64,000 bases of DNA from Camelus ferus. Its lineage: Eukaryota. The notes below the pieces were generated by a model. That model was not told the DNA's origin. It was given only the letters and a program-made list of their open reading frames with translations, and made no database searches. The translations under genes and the position numbers were made by a program. Where the stretch lies: positions 58,716,001 to 58,780,000 of the forward strand of contig NC_045696.1 of assembly GCF_009834535.1 (NCBI RefSeq), written 5' to 3'. Shown here in pieces: positions 25,969 through 39,895 of the stretch. How positions within the stretch are numbered: the stretch's first letter is position 1; each line of letters opens with the position of its first letter.

Positions 25969-26620
25969 TGCTCACTCGCTGAGTGACCTTGGGGAAGTGA
26001 CTTACCTTCTCTTATCCCATTTTCTGCAGCCCTGAAATAGGAATTAAAATGTCTTTCTCATAAGGTTGGTATCAAGATTAAATGAGGTCATGTGTGTAAG
26101 GGGTTAGTCCACTGCCAGGCTTGCAATAAAAACTCAATATATACTCATTGTTTATAATCGATATTCTTTAAGGGCTTCCTCCTTTTGGAGAGTGGGGGTG
26201 GGAAGGAAACAGAAAATGGGGGGAAGGATGATCTGAAATAGCCCATCACTACTTCCCCGTGGGCAGCCATACCCTCAGCACATAGACCCCAGCCCCACCA
26301 AAGGTCATTATACAGAAACACAACTTGCTTCAATGTCTAATGACAGCAGAAAACCCTAAAAGAAACTGAAACTAGATAATGGAGCACCTTCCTGGTCCCT
26401 TTCAGCCCCATCATTTTACCTTCTAAAGGATTTCAGATGCAGATGGGAAATGAGACTTTAAAACAGGCAGCCAGCCAATGCAGGCAGGGCGATCTCTTTC
26501 TTGAGGAAGGAAAGCCCCCCAAACAAATAAATGCCCCCATCTAGATGACTTTGCCTAGGCTTACCCCAGAGGCAGGGAGCTGGACCCTGAGAAATTTCAA
26601 AGATCCACCCAGCCCCTGAA

Positions 26621-27025
26621 GCAGTGTGTTCTAAAGTTCAGCAAACACTTATGCTCCCGTTATGTTCCTTCAAAAACTGGTTCTGGCGGGGAGGGTATAG
26701 CTCAGTGGGAGAATGTGTGCTTAGCATGCACGAGGTCCTGGGCTCAATCTCCAGTACTTCCATTAAAGATGAATAAATAAATAAACCTAATTAGCCCACC
26801 CAAAAAAACTGGTTCTGGGGTCAAATATATTCGAAAAATCTTCATGCAATAGCCCCTCTTGGCAAATTCTACTACATGTTAACACATTAAAAGCTTTAAA
26901 GTTCTACAATAAAGAATTCCATTTAACCCAGTATTTCCTAAACTTATTTGACACAGGACTGAATGTGTGTATGTGAAACATCTATTAACATCCCTCCAAA
27001 GGACAGTCAGTGGGAGAGTCTGGGC
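26621..27025. mobile_element. Old hAT-Charlie MITE (MER112/113-like) interrupted by a SINE
   Basis: cagtgtgttctaaag...ggtcaaata...cccctcttgg...aacccagtatttcctaaacttatttgac, with internal inverted character. Confidence 0.45.
26687..26803 (+). mobile_element. tRNA-Ala-derived SINE (Vic-1-like), long form with a perfect 15 bp TSD
   Basis: ggggagggtatagctcagtgg...aataaacctaattag; TSD aaaaactggttctgg at 26672-26686 and 26804-26818. Confidence 0.9.
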
Positions 27026-27625
27026 TAAAGGCAGTGCTGGATGCTGGACCCGGGCTGAGTCATCTTTGAAACCTCATGGCCTAGCACAGTGTCTGGTACA
27101 CAGTAGGCACCTAATAAATGGTTGTTGTCTGAATGAATAGGGAGAAGGCTGAAAGAATGACTTAATAATAGTTTTCAAATCTGTGAAGGGATATAGTATC
27201 GGCAGTGCCAGGCAACAGCTCTCTGTTTCCAAGAAGGCACACGTTTTAAATTGCAGCAGGAGGGATTTTGGAAGCCCTGCTCAGAGTTTAGGATTACAAT
27301 CCACCAAAATAGGCTTCCAAGCTGAGCTGCATCGCTTCCTTCTGTGGAGGTGTTGGTCTAGCACTTCAGCACAGCCGAGAGCCTGTGTGCAGCCGTCCAC
27401 CCACCCCACCACCCGTTCATCCATTCATTCAAACCCGTACTGAGCACCTACTATGTACTGGGCACCGAGGTCCCTCAGGACCCCTTCCAAAAGCCAAGTG
27501 GGACTGCAGTGAGCTGTGTGGTAATGCCCAGAGAGCACCTAAGGGGAAGGGAGAGGGGACCATCCAAGAGTGAGGTCAGGAAGCTTCAAGTCCAGAAGCA
27601 ATGCTCATAACCCTCCCAGAGCAAG

Positions 27626-27627
<2 letters not shown>

Positions 27628-27658
<31 letters not shown>
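27628..27658. repeat. (GT)15 microsatellite
   Basis: Seen directly. Confidence 0.95.
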
Positions 27659-27659
<1 letters not shown>

Positions 27660-30600
27660 AGGGGGTGGGGGGGGTTAAGGCTGACACATGAGGCTGGCTT
27701 AAAGAATAAAGCCACTACTGTCTCCTTGTGTTTGTTTGTTTACCCCCCTTTTCTTGTGACTATATCCCATTGTTCCCAGACAGCATCCCTGCCCCCACTT
27801 CCAAGCTTTTCCCCTCCCCATACTCACAGCTCCAATCTCCTCTGCCTTTCCTTACACCCTACTTCTCCTCCTTCAAAACATCTCCAATTCCCTACCACTT
27901 GTCTACCCCCGATCTCCTCATTTTCCACGTTCTCTACCATCCATTCTGGAACTGGAGTATCCTCAGTGTTTGCCATATTCACATATCAGACAAATGAATA
28001 AATAAACCAGACCTCAAACTAGGGTCCATCTTTCTGCTGACCACCACCACCCTCAGCCACTACCACCACCAATGATGAGCCACAGATTGCTTTGCTTCAA
28101 ACAAGAGTAGGGGGTTGGGAATGCCTGGGGGGCAGGATGAGAGAATATGGGTCCAGGTCTGGGCATCCTTCCCATCCTATTTCACCATTACCAATTGCCT
28201 TCAACTCTGCATCCTACATCAGTACATGCACCAGCCCCACCTGGACATCTGCTAATGCGTCTGCAGGTCTGCAGTGACTTTGCGTCTTTAAACGGAGGCT
28301 GAACTGGGCATGACAAGAGGACACCCCAAGAGACTGCAGAGGCAGTCATGCTGTGGCAAGACACGAAGCCACAGAATCTGAGGGTTGGGTGTGACCTGAG
28401 CAGTTATCTTGGCCAATGATCCCAAACCTAAGAGTCATCAAGATCAGCTGGAGAGCTTTAAACACTAGATCCAAGCTGTTCAAAAAACAGATCCCTTCCT
28501 GGGCCCCACCCCAGACCTTTGGAAGCAGAGCCTTCCATTTCCTCAGTAAGAAGCTTGACAGATGGCCATCCAGTCCCCCTTGGACACAGCCACTGACACA
28601 GCTGGCTACCCCAGGAGCTATCTGTTTTGATGGCTGCAACCCCAAAGGCTAGAAAGTTATCTCCTACCTGGAGCTGACATCTGTCTACTGTGTTCACCCA
28701 TTTGCCCCAACTGTGCCCTTGGGAGCAACCGAAAATAAATCTAGTCCCTCTTCTAAGACCTGACCACAGGGATTGCAGCAATAAATAACGCCCTGTCAGT
28801 TCCTGTGTCTCTGCTTTCTCACCTTGCCATTCTGCTCTCCTCCCAGGTAACTATCTCCCATCCTTTCCAATGCTCTCTCAGAAGGCAGGGCTTCCAGTCC
28901 CCTTACCAAAGTGGTACCCTCTCTGAATTCTAGAATCAAACATAGTATTTCAGTTGGGGCTTCAATCTTCTCATGAACTGGATATGCCCATAGACCTAAC
29001 CAAGACCCCACTGGTCTTTTCTGTTAGACCAAAATGGAGTTCACAGTCCATTAACTAGAAACCCTCAGATTCTGTTCACAGTGTTGTAGAGAGATCTTCC
29101 CTGTCCTGCATTTAGACACTGCTTGGAGAGAAGGAGGGGGAAAGTAGGGCTTTCCAATTATCTTCATGGAGTTTTGTATTTGGGAGAGAAAATGAACACC
29201 GATCCTGCCCTCCATTAGCGAGCTACCCTACCTGATAAGCATGGATGGAAGAGGGATACACTAAAGGGTGACTTATGTAACTGTCCCCACAGCATTTATG
29301 GGCACAATTACACGGGAGCTCCTGGAGCACACTGTTTCCATTTCCAACACTGGCGATGCTCCTGGGAAGTTAATGACCGCGAGCTGGACCCACCACAAGA
29401 TAAAGTTAAGTCAGGTGCCAAGCGGGCAGCCGTGGACTGGAAGACACCCAGCAAGTGGCTGGTACAATCACAGGGAGGCTCCCACCTCGGTCCACCTCCC
29501 CCTACACCCGTCCCACCTCTGGCTGGGACAGAGGTGGGCGCTGCGTTCTCAGCTCTTGGGAGAAGAAAAGGCCGGGCCCAGCATGGGCCACATCATAGCT
29601 TCTGCTGCCCACCACACCCTCTGACCGAGCGGCTGGTGGCCAGGCCCTCTCTGCCCAGGAGAGCTTCTGTCCAGGCCTTTTACACGGATTTTTACAACTC
29701 TTCTGTGAGGCTGGGCAGGTTTCCATGATGGAGTTTAATACATCGTCTGTGTCCTCTTTATAGACAAGCGTGAGCATTCCACAGCACCCGGACCTCATGC
29801 TCTTGCTCCTGATCAAAACTTAGATTGAATTGTTAACAATCAACATTCCCGCAAGTACAGTGGCTGATCGTTCTGCTCCTTGGCTGGGCCTTGGACATTC
29901 CTGAAGTCCTCCTCACAGGAATCCAGGCACTCCTGGGATCCAAAAGACACCCCCCTCTCCAGAAGCCCTGCTGGACTCTCACCCCTAGAGGCTTCTGCTC
30001 CCCTCCAAGCACCGCATTCCCGCTGCACAGAGAAGGAGGCACCATCAATGAAAGCAATTAGCAAATATAATTGGGAAATACAATTAGTGTTGCGGCAAGA
30101 CTAGCAGACCCTCCACAGCTACAAACTCTGAGCCAGCCTCCCGCCCCAGCCCGCTGCTGCTGCTGGAGTTCACTACAGCCTCATTTCTCTCGTTCAGAAG
30201 TGTGGGTGATGGGGAAAGTAACTGGCGGCAGACGATTCCCAGCATCGAGTGGAATTGTGTCCTCTCCCACACCACCCCGGCGGGCAGGGAGACAGCAGCT
30301 GCCAGTAGCACACACGGGGCAGCCACGATGACCCACCACACAGGCCTCTGGGCCATGGTCCAGAGCAAGGAGGCGGCTCTCCGTGTGGCTCCCCAGATGG
30401 TGAACAACTTGAGGTTTTGAAAGGGAAGAGTAGGACTCCATAGGGCCAGGGGAGCTGACCCCTCAAGTCTGCCCCCCAGCCTCATTATGGAATGGGAGGC
30501 ATGTGAGCCAGAGATCAAGGTCAGAAGGTCGATCAAGGCCCACAATCAGAAAGAGAAATGACCATGGCAAGCCAGCCACCAACCAAGAATAAACAGCCGT

Positions 30601-30663
30601 GATGATCTCCTTTCAAAGGCAACACAAAGGTTTCCCTGGGGAAGCAAACCACCTCCATCACCC

Positions 30664-30850
30664 AGGCTGGCCCACAGGACAGACAGATAGCTACACACAC
30701 ACACACACACACACGGATGCACATACACACTGAGGCCAGCCCACACGACAGACAGATACACACATGCACACACACACACATGCATGCATGAACACACTGG
30801 GGCCAGCCTACAGGAGAGACACACACCCACGCATGGACCCACACACCCAA
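30664..30850. repeat. Three degenerate ~65-70 bp units (ggccagcccacaggacagacaga + CA tract)
   Basis: ggctggcccacaggacagacagat / ggccagcccacacgacagacagat / ggccagcctacaggagagacaca, each followed by (CA)n-atgca. Confidence 0.75.
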
Positions 30851-33800
30851 ACCTCCACAGCCACAATGGTGGGTTCTTGGTTTGCTTCCCCATCCCCATC
30901 CATCCTCAGACTCCTCAGTACAGACACTCACACGTGCTTATAGTCACAGAACATCACGCAAACAGCACCTGTGCCTTTCTGATCTCTGGAACAACTGATG
31001 ACAGTTGCGGGTTCAAACAGGCACAAAGGACGAAATGCAGGAAATCACCAAGTTTCTCCAAAAGGATTAGGGGGAAGAGAGGAAGGAACTGAAGATAGCT
31101 GTGTGGGGATAGGTTGGCCCACACTGCAAGGGCCACCTCTGACAGCTCTCCTGTGCTCACAGGGACCCACATCGGGTCAGAATCTTCTTTTCTGAAATCA
31201 CGTCAAACTCGTTTAATGGGGCTGCAGAACAAAAATACCCCACATGTGAACAGGACTCTACTTTTCAAAGAGCTCTCCCATCCATTATCACCTCCTAGAG
31301 AAACACTGGACAGTGAAGATGCTCATCTCCTTGGCCAAATGACCACTCACCCTCATGGAGACCAAAGATGGTTTTTCCAAAATAATCTTTTAATACCCAA
31401 GCATATGTAATAGTTGTCTGAACGTACTTGTTTGTGTGTGAGTGCAAGTAGAGGCTTTATGTAGCAGAGTGGGATACAGTCAAACAAAAATGAGGTTGCC
31501 ATAGCAACAGGCTCCAGCATCATCGCAGCCTATTAACACAAGTGAGGAATGTGTTTGGCAGATGCTCGAGTGTTATTTATGGTATGGGTGTAGCAGAGGG
31601 ACTTCTAACAGGCAAAGAAGGAGAAAAAAACAACCCTGTGACGCTCCTACTGTACCCCGCTGAGGAGACAACAGTGAGACGAGCACAGAAGGCAAGGCTG
31701 AGGCTGCAAATGGAGAGTAAGAGATGGGAAAGCAGAAAAGCAGGCAGGCAGAGGAGAGGAGAGATGGGCAGAGAGCAACAGGGGACTGGAAGGGGAGGAA
31801 AGAGAAGGGACATGAGAGAGAAAGAGCAAGGGGAGGGGGATGGATACCAGAGGAAGAGCTAGAGGCAGAGATGTAGCAAAAGGAAGAAACATCATTCCCC
31901 AAAAAGGGCTGCCCCACCTTGCCTCTCAGCTCCCTCAAGTAAAAACCATCAGGAGGCAACTGATAAGATACTAAATGTTTCTCCTCCTAATTGGAGCAAA
32001 GGCAGAGCCCCAAACATAAAAGGCACTTGGGAAGAGTAAAATACCCAAATCAGACACTGATCTTGTTGAAGATCTGGGCCGTGGGAGCAAAGGGGCTGGT
32101 CTCCCAGGGGAAGTGAAAAAATGCCAACACAGTTTCCTGAGGGCCTACTATGTATCCAAGGCACTGTGGAGGGAAATTCCCAAAGCTCCAGCATTAGAAA
32201 CCACACGTTGTGGCTCCATTTCCCTGGATGTGCATCTTCATCAAAGAAAAGAACAAGCCATCCTCCAACACCTGCCACTCCAGGGCAGCCTGAGGCGGTG
32301 GGTCACGCTGGATGGTCCCACTAATACTTCCCCGCAATCCAGCAGGGTTTGCTCAAGAAAGACAAAGGTTTTTATCAGACATAATCAGAAAGGTAAATCA
32401 AACGCAAATGAAAAAAGATCCAGTTTTCTCTCAAGTCAAATAGAAAGAATGTTTGTGATGGTGGCTCATTCCCAACAAGCTCAGCTATACTCAGCCCAGC
32501 AGGTCATGGGAAGTTAAGTGCAAACCCACCCAAAAGCCTACAAACAAAGGAAGTTCTGAAGACCACAATGGGTAAAAGAAGCATGGAGTGGGAGGTGCTA
32601 GAGGTGGGGAGAGAAGGGAGAGGAAATGGCCTGAGGAACTAGAAGGGGAAGTCAATTAGACACTCTGTTGCTGCAATGGCATCTTCATGCTAAGATGGAG
32701 ACAGAGTATCCCAGGTCCAGCACTCCTGTCCTGGGATCTGACTCCAATCTCCTGAAATCACACATCCTGGATTGCCTAGGGCTGTAATCAGACCCTGAGT
32801 CCCAAGTCTGGTACAGAAAATACCCTGAATGATCCTGGAAATCTCTGCTGCTCCATGTGGATGACATGCCATTCCCTCTGCAGAAAAGCTACACCCACCT
32901 TAGCAACCTGCTTCCCATTCAAGCCAGGAATAACCCCCAAAGATATAATACTCATATGATAGTCTGGGTCCCCAGGTCAAAAGATTTGGAGCTTTTATAA
33001 GCACTAACAATAGTACCTAACTTTTTAAAACCAGTTCTCAATAGGTTTCTCTCTCAAGTTCAAAGCTCATCTCTAAAGATTTTTTTTTCCTTCTGATTCC
33101 AGATCAGAAAAACATTAACTTAGTATCAATAACCCCACCTACTTCACTCATTGGAACACAACTAAATTGGCAAGCAGTAATTAAATTCCCACTAAGTCCC
33201 CTAACTTGTGTTAGAAAAAGAGAGAGGGTGGAGAAGGAAAAACACATACACCTCAGGATTCCTGCATCCAAGGAGCTTACGTTGGATGGGGAACAAAACC
33301 AATGGGCACTGGAGAATAAGTAAGCGCCCCATCTGTGGCTCTGACTCCATTGTTGACCATGCATTAGAGGGAGAAGCCAGTATAGCTGGAATAAAAGATG
33401 GGACTCCTTGCAGGAGGTGAGGCTTCAGACAGAGGGGTTGGAACTGGAAGGGGCATGCATAGTGCTTTCATTTACTAGACAAGAAAGCTGGGGCCCAGAG
33501 AGGTGGCAGGTCCCCTCCCTCCCAGTCACAGAGCACCTTGGAGGTGCAGCTAGAGCCTAGCACCCTGAAGCCCACACTGTCCCTGTGGGAGAGTACCAGA
33601 CCCAGGAAGCCAGGGGGCACAGGAGAGCCCTCAAGGAAGATGCAGTCCTCAACAGGATCCAAGTCTGAGGAAAGGCACTAGAAGTGGGAAGGAGGGAGGC
33701 AATGACAATGGAATACAATTGAGAGGTTCTGTTAGAGGATGCAGATGCCCTAAGAGAGGTCGAGGGCACAGTGGGATCTATGATCAAGAGACTAGCCTGC

Positions 33801-34696
33801 AGCAAGAGCCCCCTTGACTCTCACAGCCAAGCTGCACTGCAACCAAGTAGGCTCAGCAGGGGCCAATGGATGAGGCCCACGGAGCTGCAGACAAGGGAGA
33901 AAGGGTGCATGTCAGAGGAGCTGGTCTCACCCAGGGTCGCCATGGCCAGCACACATCTCTCCCACAAATCTTTAGGGGAGTCACCAGTTAACTAGGCAGA
34001 AGTTTTATTTCCTCCTGAGCCCACTGTTCAAGGCTCACGAAACCAGTCCCAGGAGGGATTAAAAAACAAAACAAAACAAAACAAACCCCACTACGAGCAA
34101 TAACTAGAAGCACCCACGGGAAAGGGTCGTGACATCCAACACTAGCTTTCAGTTCAGGCCAGGAGGCGGACTGTCACCACACACATTACAGAGGTTCCTT
34201 CCACCTTTGCTGAAGGCAGCTTTTTGGCTTGGGGCACTTTGGCAAATGAAAAAAACTTGTCAGTCCTCCCTCAAGTTCAGAGATATCTCCAGTTCCCAAA
34301 CCCCCAGCCTCAGACAACTGGCAAGGTTAACATTTCTCCTCCCTAAGACTGGGTAAGGGGCACCCAGGTTCTCCCCTCCCCAACCCTCTATCCAGGACTG
34401 AGTTAACAAACCAACAGTGGCTCTTAGGAGGGAGAGAATTCTACAGGGTCCGGCCACTTTTGTCAGGAGACTTTTATACACTGGGACAGAAGCACAGGAA
34501 GAGAAGGGAACCTCTCCATAGATTTTCTCCTCCAATCCTCCTTCCTCATTAGCATCCCCACAATAATGGCTAAGACACACAATACAAGAGCACTCTTTTT
34601 GTAAACGAAGATACTAGGGCTCCGAGGGGGTTCCAAGGCTGAAAGACACCGCATAGCTGACACAGCCATGTCTCTCTGGCTTTTTTCACCCCTTTA

Positions 34697-36145
<1,449 letters not shown>

Positions 36146-36460
36146 TCAGGAGTCCCAGGTCCGAGATGGAGTTGGCTCCGAGCTGGGTCAGCGGGGACTG
36201 CTCGAGCTGCTGCGCCGCGCGCAGAGGGACGTCCGGACTCCTGGCTCGCGTCGAGCTCGAGAAGGACCGGAGTTGCAGACAAGGCGGGACGGAGAGGTGT
36301 CCTTGCGGGCGGCGCCTCCCCGGGGCTGGCAATTCGCGGGCGCGGCGCTCGCAGATTCCGTCTAAGCGGAGCCCAGCGGCACACGCGGCGAGACGGCGGC
36401 TAGGGAGGCTCGGCAGGGGTCCCGGCGTGGAGACCAAGCGGGCGCCCTTTCCTCGCGACG

Positions 36461-36509
36461 GACTGGGAGCGACTGGGAGGTGCGGGCGCCAGCCAGCATT
36501 ATTTTCTTA
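36461..36509 (-). promoter_or_regulatory. Candidate core promoter: AT-rich TATA-like box plus Inr-like CCAGTC (TSS ~36474)
   Basis: AAAATAAT (36505-36498) starts 31 nt upstream of the A in CCAGTC and is a rare AT-rich patch in the island. Confidence 0.45.
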
Positions 36510-37163
36510 CGAGGGGTGGGGAGGTGGGATGGAGGGTGGAGAGGACGGGGGAGGGGGCGGCGGGCGGAGCAACAGCTCCGGAGCCCTGGGGGGAGGGTCC
36601 TGGAGCCCAAGGGGGCTGTCGCCCGCATCCCCCACCTCCCGCGGCGAGAGTGGGAGCTTGGCCCCCGCGAAAGCCGAGCCGAACCTTCAGCGCGTCCGCG
36701 CAGGGGGCGGGGGCGAGGACCGGCTCCTGCAGCGCGGCCCTTCCCCTCTCGCCTCCCCCTTCTTCCAAAACGGAGCGGGGTTGGCCCGGACTCGCTGGCC
36801 CAGGAGGGCTGTCGCGCCGGCTCCGCAAGCCCCAGGCTCCTTGCCGCGGGCTGCGGGCCCACCGCGGCCGGCTGGCCCACCGCGGCCGGCTGCAGAAGGA
36901 CTAGGCGGAGGGCGAAATCCGGCACAGCGCCGCCGCCGTTCTACCCCAACGCAGGCGGGATTCTCACGGCGAGCAAGGCATCCAGAGATCGAGGGCCGGG
37001 GCTCAGATTCGGCCGGCAAAGAAGGGCCGGCCCAAGAGCCGCTGCGCCCAGGGAGCGCTCCGGGGGGGGCCCGCGGGAGTCGGGCCCCGGGCGCGCCATG
37101 CACGCCTCGGGCCCTGCGCCGCTCCGGCCGCTCGCGCCGCTCCTCCCTTCTCTCTAGCTAGCA

Positions 37164-37187
37164 GCCGCCGCCGCCGCCGCCGCCGCC
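37164..37187. repeat. (GCC)8 trinucleotide repeat in the promoter island
   Basis: Seen directly. Confidence 0.9.
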
Positions 37188-39299
37188 GGAGCGCCCTCCG
37201 CATCCCCTCCTCCCGTTGCCTCCCCGCCCCCCCCCCCCCCGCGTCTCTCCGGCCTCTGCTCACAGAGGCGAGCAGCCGCCTCCGCCCCCGGCCGGGCCGC
37301 GGCCCCCGCCTCGGCACCCCGCCGGCATCCTCAGGCCTGGCCTCGTGAGGCGCCGGGTGTCGTGGGGTCCCCAGCTCCCCTTCCTCACCTAAAATTCTCG
37401 CCGCGCCCCCTCCCTCCCTGGCTCCTGGAGCAGCGTCCAGCCCGCGGTCCCTTTTCCGGACCTGGGTGGCGTGCGGTCCTCCCCCGCCCCCAGCTTAGGT
37501 TCCTGCGCCCCTAGTCCTAGCTCCCCTCTTTTGTATCCCCCTTTAATCCCCATCCCCCCATTCAACCCAACTTCAGCCCCCGCGCTGCGCCCCCCTTCCC
37601 GGGCCCGGCTCGATTGGCCGCTTCCTGAGCTGTCAGGCTTGAGTCCGGCGCTCTTATTGGGCGATTCTCTGGCCGGGCGGCTGTGCCAAAGGAAGGCGCA
37701 CCGGGCTGGGGGCGCCCAGGCAGCCACTGCCGCAGGGAGCGGAAGACCAGAGTCCCTGGAGGGCCGGAGGGGCCCGAGAGACAGACCCGAAAATGGACGG
37801 GGGAGATGGAGAGACCGAGGATCTCTGAGGCGCAGGAAGACAGTGACGGAAAAGATGGAGATGCAGTGGGTGAGGCCGATGCGACCAGGGCGGGGCGGAC
37901 AGGAACGCTTTGGTGGATAGTTACCGAGAAGGAATCCGGCAAACAGCACTAGGAACACTTGGCATTTGTAAAGAGCTCTTTGCACGTTCATACTTTTTTT
38001 AAAAAATCCCATTTGATTCCCCTCAATAACCCTGGGTTGTGACAGGGCACGTGTGCTTATTCCCAGTTTATAAATGTGAAGACAGGCTTCAGAGCCTAAT
38101 CAACTTGCCATGGGCCACAAAGGACTTACAACCGAAAGATATTTCGGCAGTGCCAGGCTGGCTACCTACCTAGCAAGGTATTAACCAGAGGATGCACACC
38201 AGAGCAGGGTACGGAGCCCCCGCAGGAGAGGGGCGGGGGTGGGGGTGGGGGAGAGAGCTGAGAAGGACCAGATACTCCTGGACAGGACCAGCAACAGAGA
38301 GGAAGGAGTGGAGAGGACTTTACTTCATGTCAAAGAGGACCTAGGCCTGTGGAATGATATACCTGCCCAATTCCCCTTGCCCCCAAATTATCCTGCTGGA
38401 AGTTGCGGCAGTCTAACACTGGGACAGGTGAGAACACCACATCTCTACTCTGGGGAGGAAGAAACAACCTTTGCTTTACTACTCTTTCTCCAGCTCTCTC
38501 TACAGAGCTTCTGAAGTCCGGGCAAGCGTCTCTTTCTTTCTCTGTTGGTCATCTCTTTGCAAATTGGAAAATAAACCTTGCCAGAGTTACAAACTGGGAG
38601 GAGAGACATTCTAAGAGATCTAAATAAATTAACCCTAGAGTAGTCCAGCGTTTGAGCCATCAGTCCATGATTAGTGAAGTCATAAAAAGCACCATTAGTC
38701 CACATTCATAGAGCACCCTATATGTGCAAAGCACTGTGCTAGGTGCTATAGGGATAGAGGGTGACCCAACTCTACTCACAGTCAAGGAGGGAGAGGAGCT
38801 AGCCACTTACTCCAGTTCAGAGCATAATTCAGTGTTCACCAGAGGGCCAAACAGAGCATTTTGGGGGTTGGGAGAGAGGAGGCATTAATTCCCACTGTAA
38901 GGGCCAAAAAGACTCTAGAGGTTGAATCTGGGGCCAGGAGAAAAGGAGTAGCCAGAAGAAAAGGAGGATGGACCAATATTTATTAAGCAACAATTATATG
39001 TGAATCTTATTGTCATATGACCATTTTGTGGAAGATGTTATTCTCCCCACTATAAAGATGAAAAGCTGAGACTTAGTTTGCCCAAGGTCCACAGTTTGTA
39101 GCAGAATGAAACCTAAGTTCAGTCTGCTCCTTGTACTTTACCATATAGCCATGCAGCAAATATGCAGGGACACCCAGACAGGCAGCTGCATGGACAGAAG
39201 CCAGATGGCCTGAGCTATCAAGGTGACTGGGTTCCATTCTCCATCCCCTTCTCATTCCCTGAGCTCTCCCTAGATCATTCCTTTTCATGTTATTCAAAA

Positions 39300-39895
39300 A
39301 TGTTAAACAACTGTCATAACAAAAGCCATATATGATTAAATGTGGAAAAACTAGAAAAAAGAAAGATAAAAGAAAACACATTCATAATCACAACACCTAG
39401 GAAGAACTATTAACATATGAATTTTTTTCTTAACCAAAAATGGAACTTTTACTCTACCAACAATTTTAGGATCTGCTTTTTTCTACTTAGCAAAATACCG
39501 TGGATGTTTTTCTTATGCCAATTAACATCCATCCACAATATCCATTTTATTTTTTGAGTAGAATTCCATTGTGTGAATATAGCATAATGTATTTAACCAA
39601 TCTCCTACTATTGGTCATTTTTCCCTGTCATAGCAGTTTATAAAAAATTTCCACTCTTTTACTGTTATAAACAAGGAATGAGGAGTGGGTATAGCTCAGT
39701 GGTAGAGTGCATGCTTAACATGCACAGTGTCTGGGGTTCAATCCCCAGTATCTCCATTATAAAAAAAAGAAGAAGAAGGAGCATTTTTGTAGATAAATCT
39801 TCACACACATCTTTAATTGGATCCTTAAGAGAAATCCCTACAAGTAGAATTGCTGGGCCAAAGGATAAACATATTTTTTCGCTAAGGTATTTCTG
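39300..39895 (-). mobile_element. Old L1M (L1ME-like) fragment, interrupted by a SINE
   Basis: attccattgtgtgaatat..cataat.tatttaaccaatctcctactattgg...agtagaattgctggg. Confidence 0.6.
39681..39778 (+). mobile_element. tRNA-Ala-derived SINE (Vic-1-like), short form
   Basis: gggtatagctcagtggtagagtgcatgcttaacatgcac...gggttcaatccccagta plus an A-rich tail. Confidence 0.85.

Noticed and set aside
27360..27385. REST/RE1-like site
   Set aside because: Three mismatches in the core half-sites.
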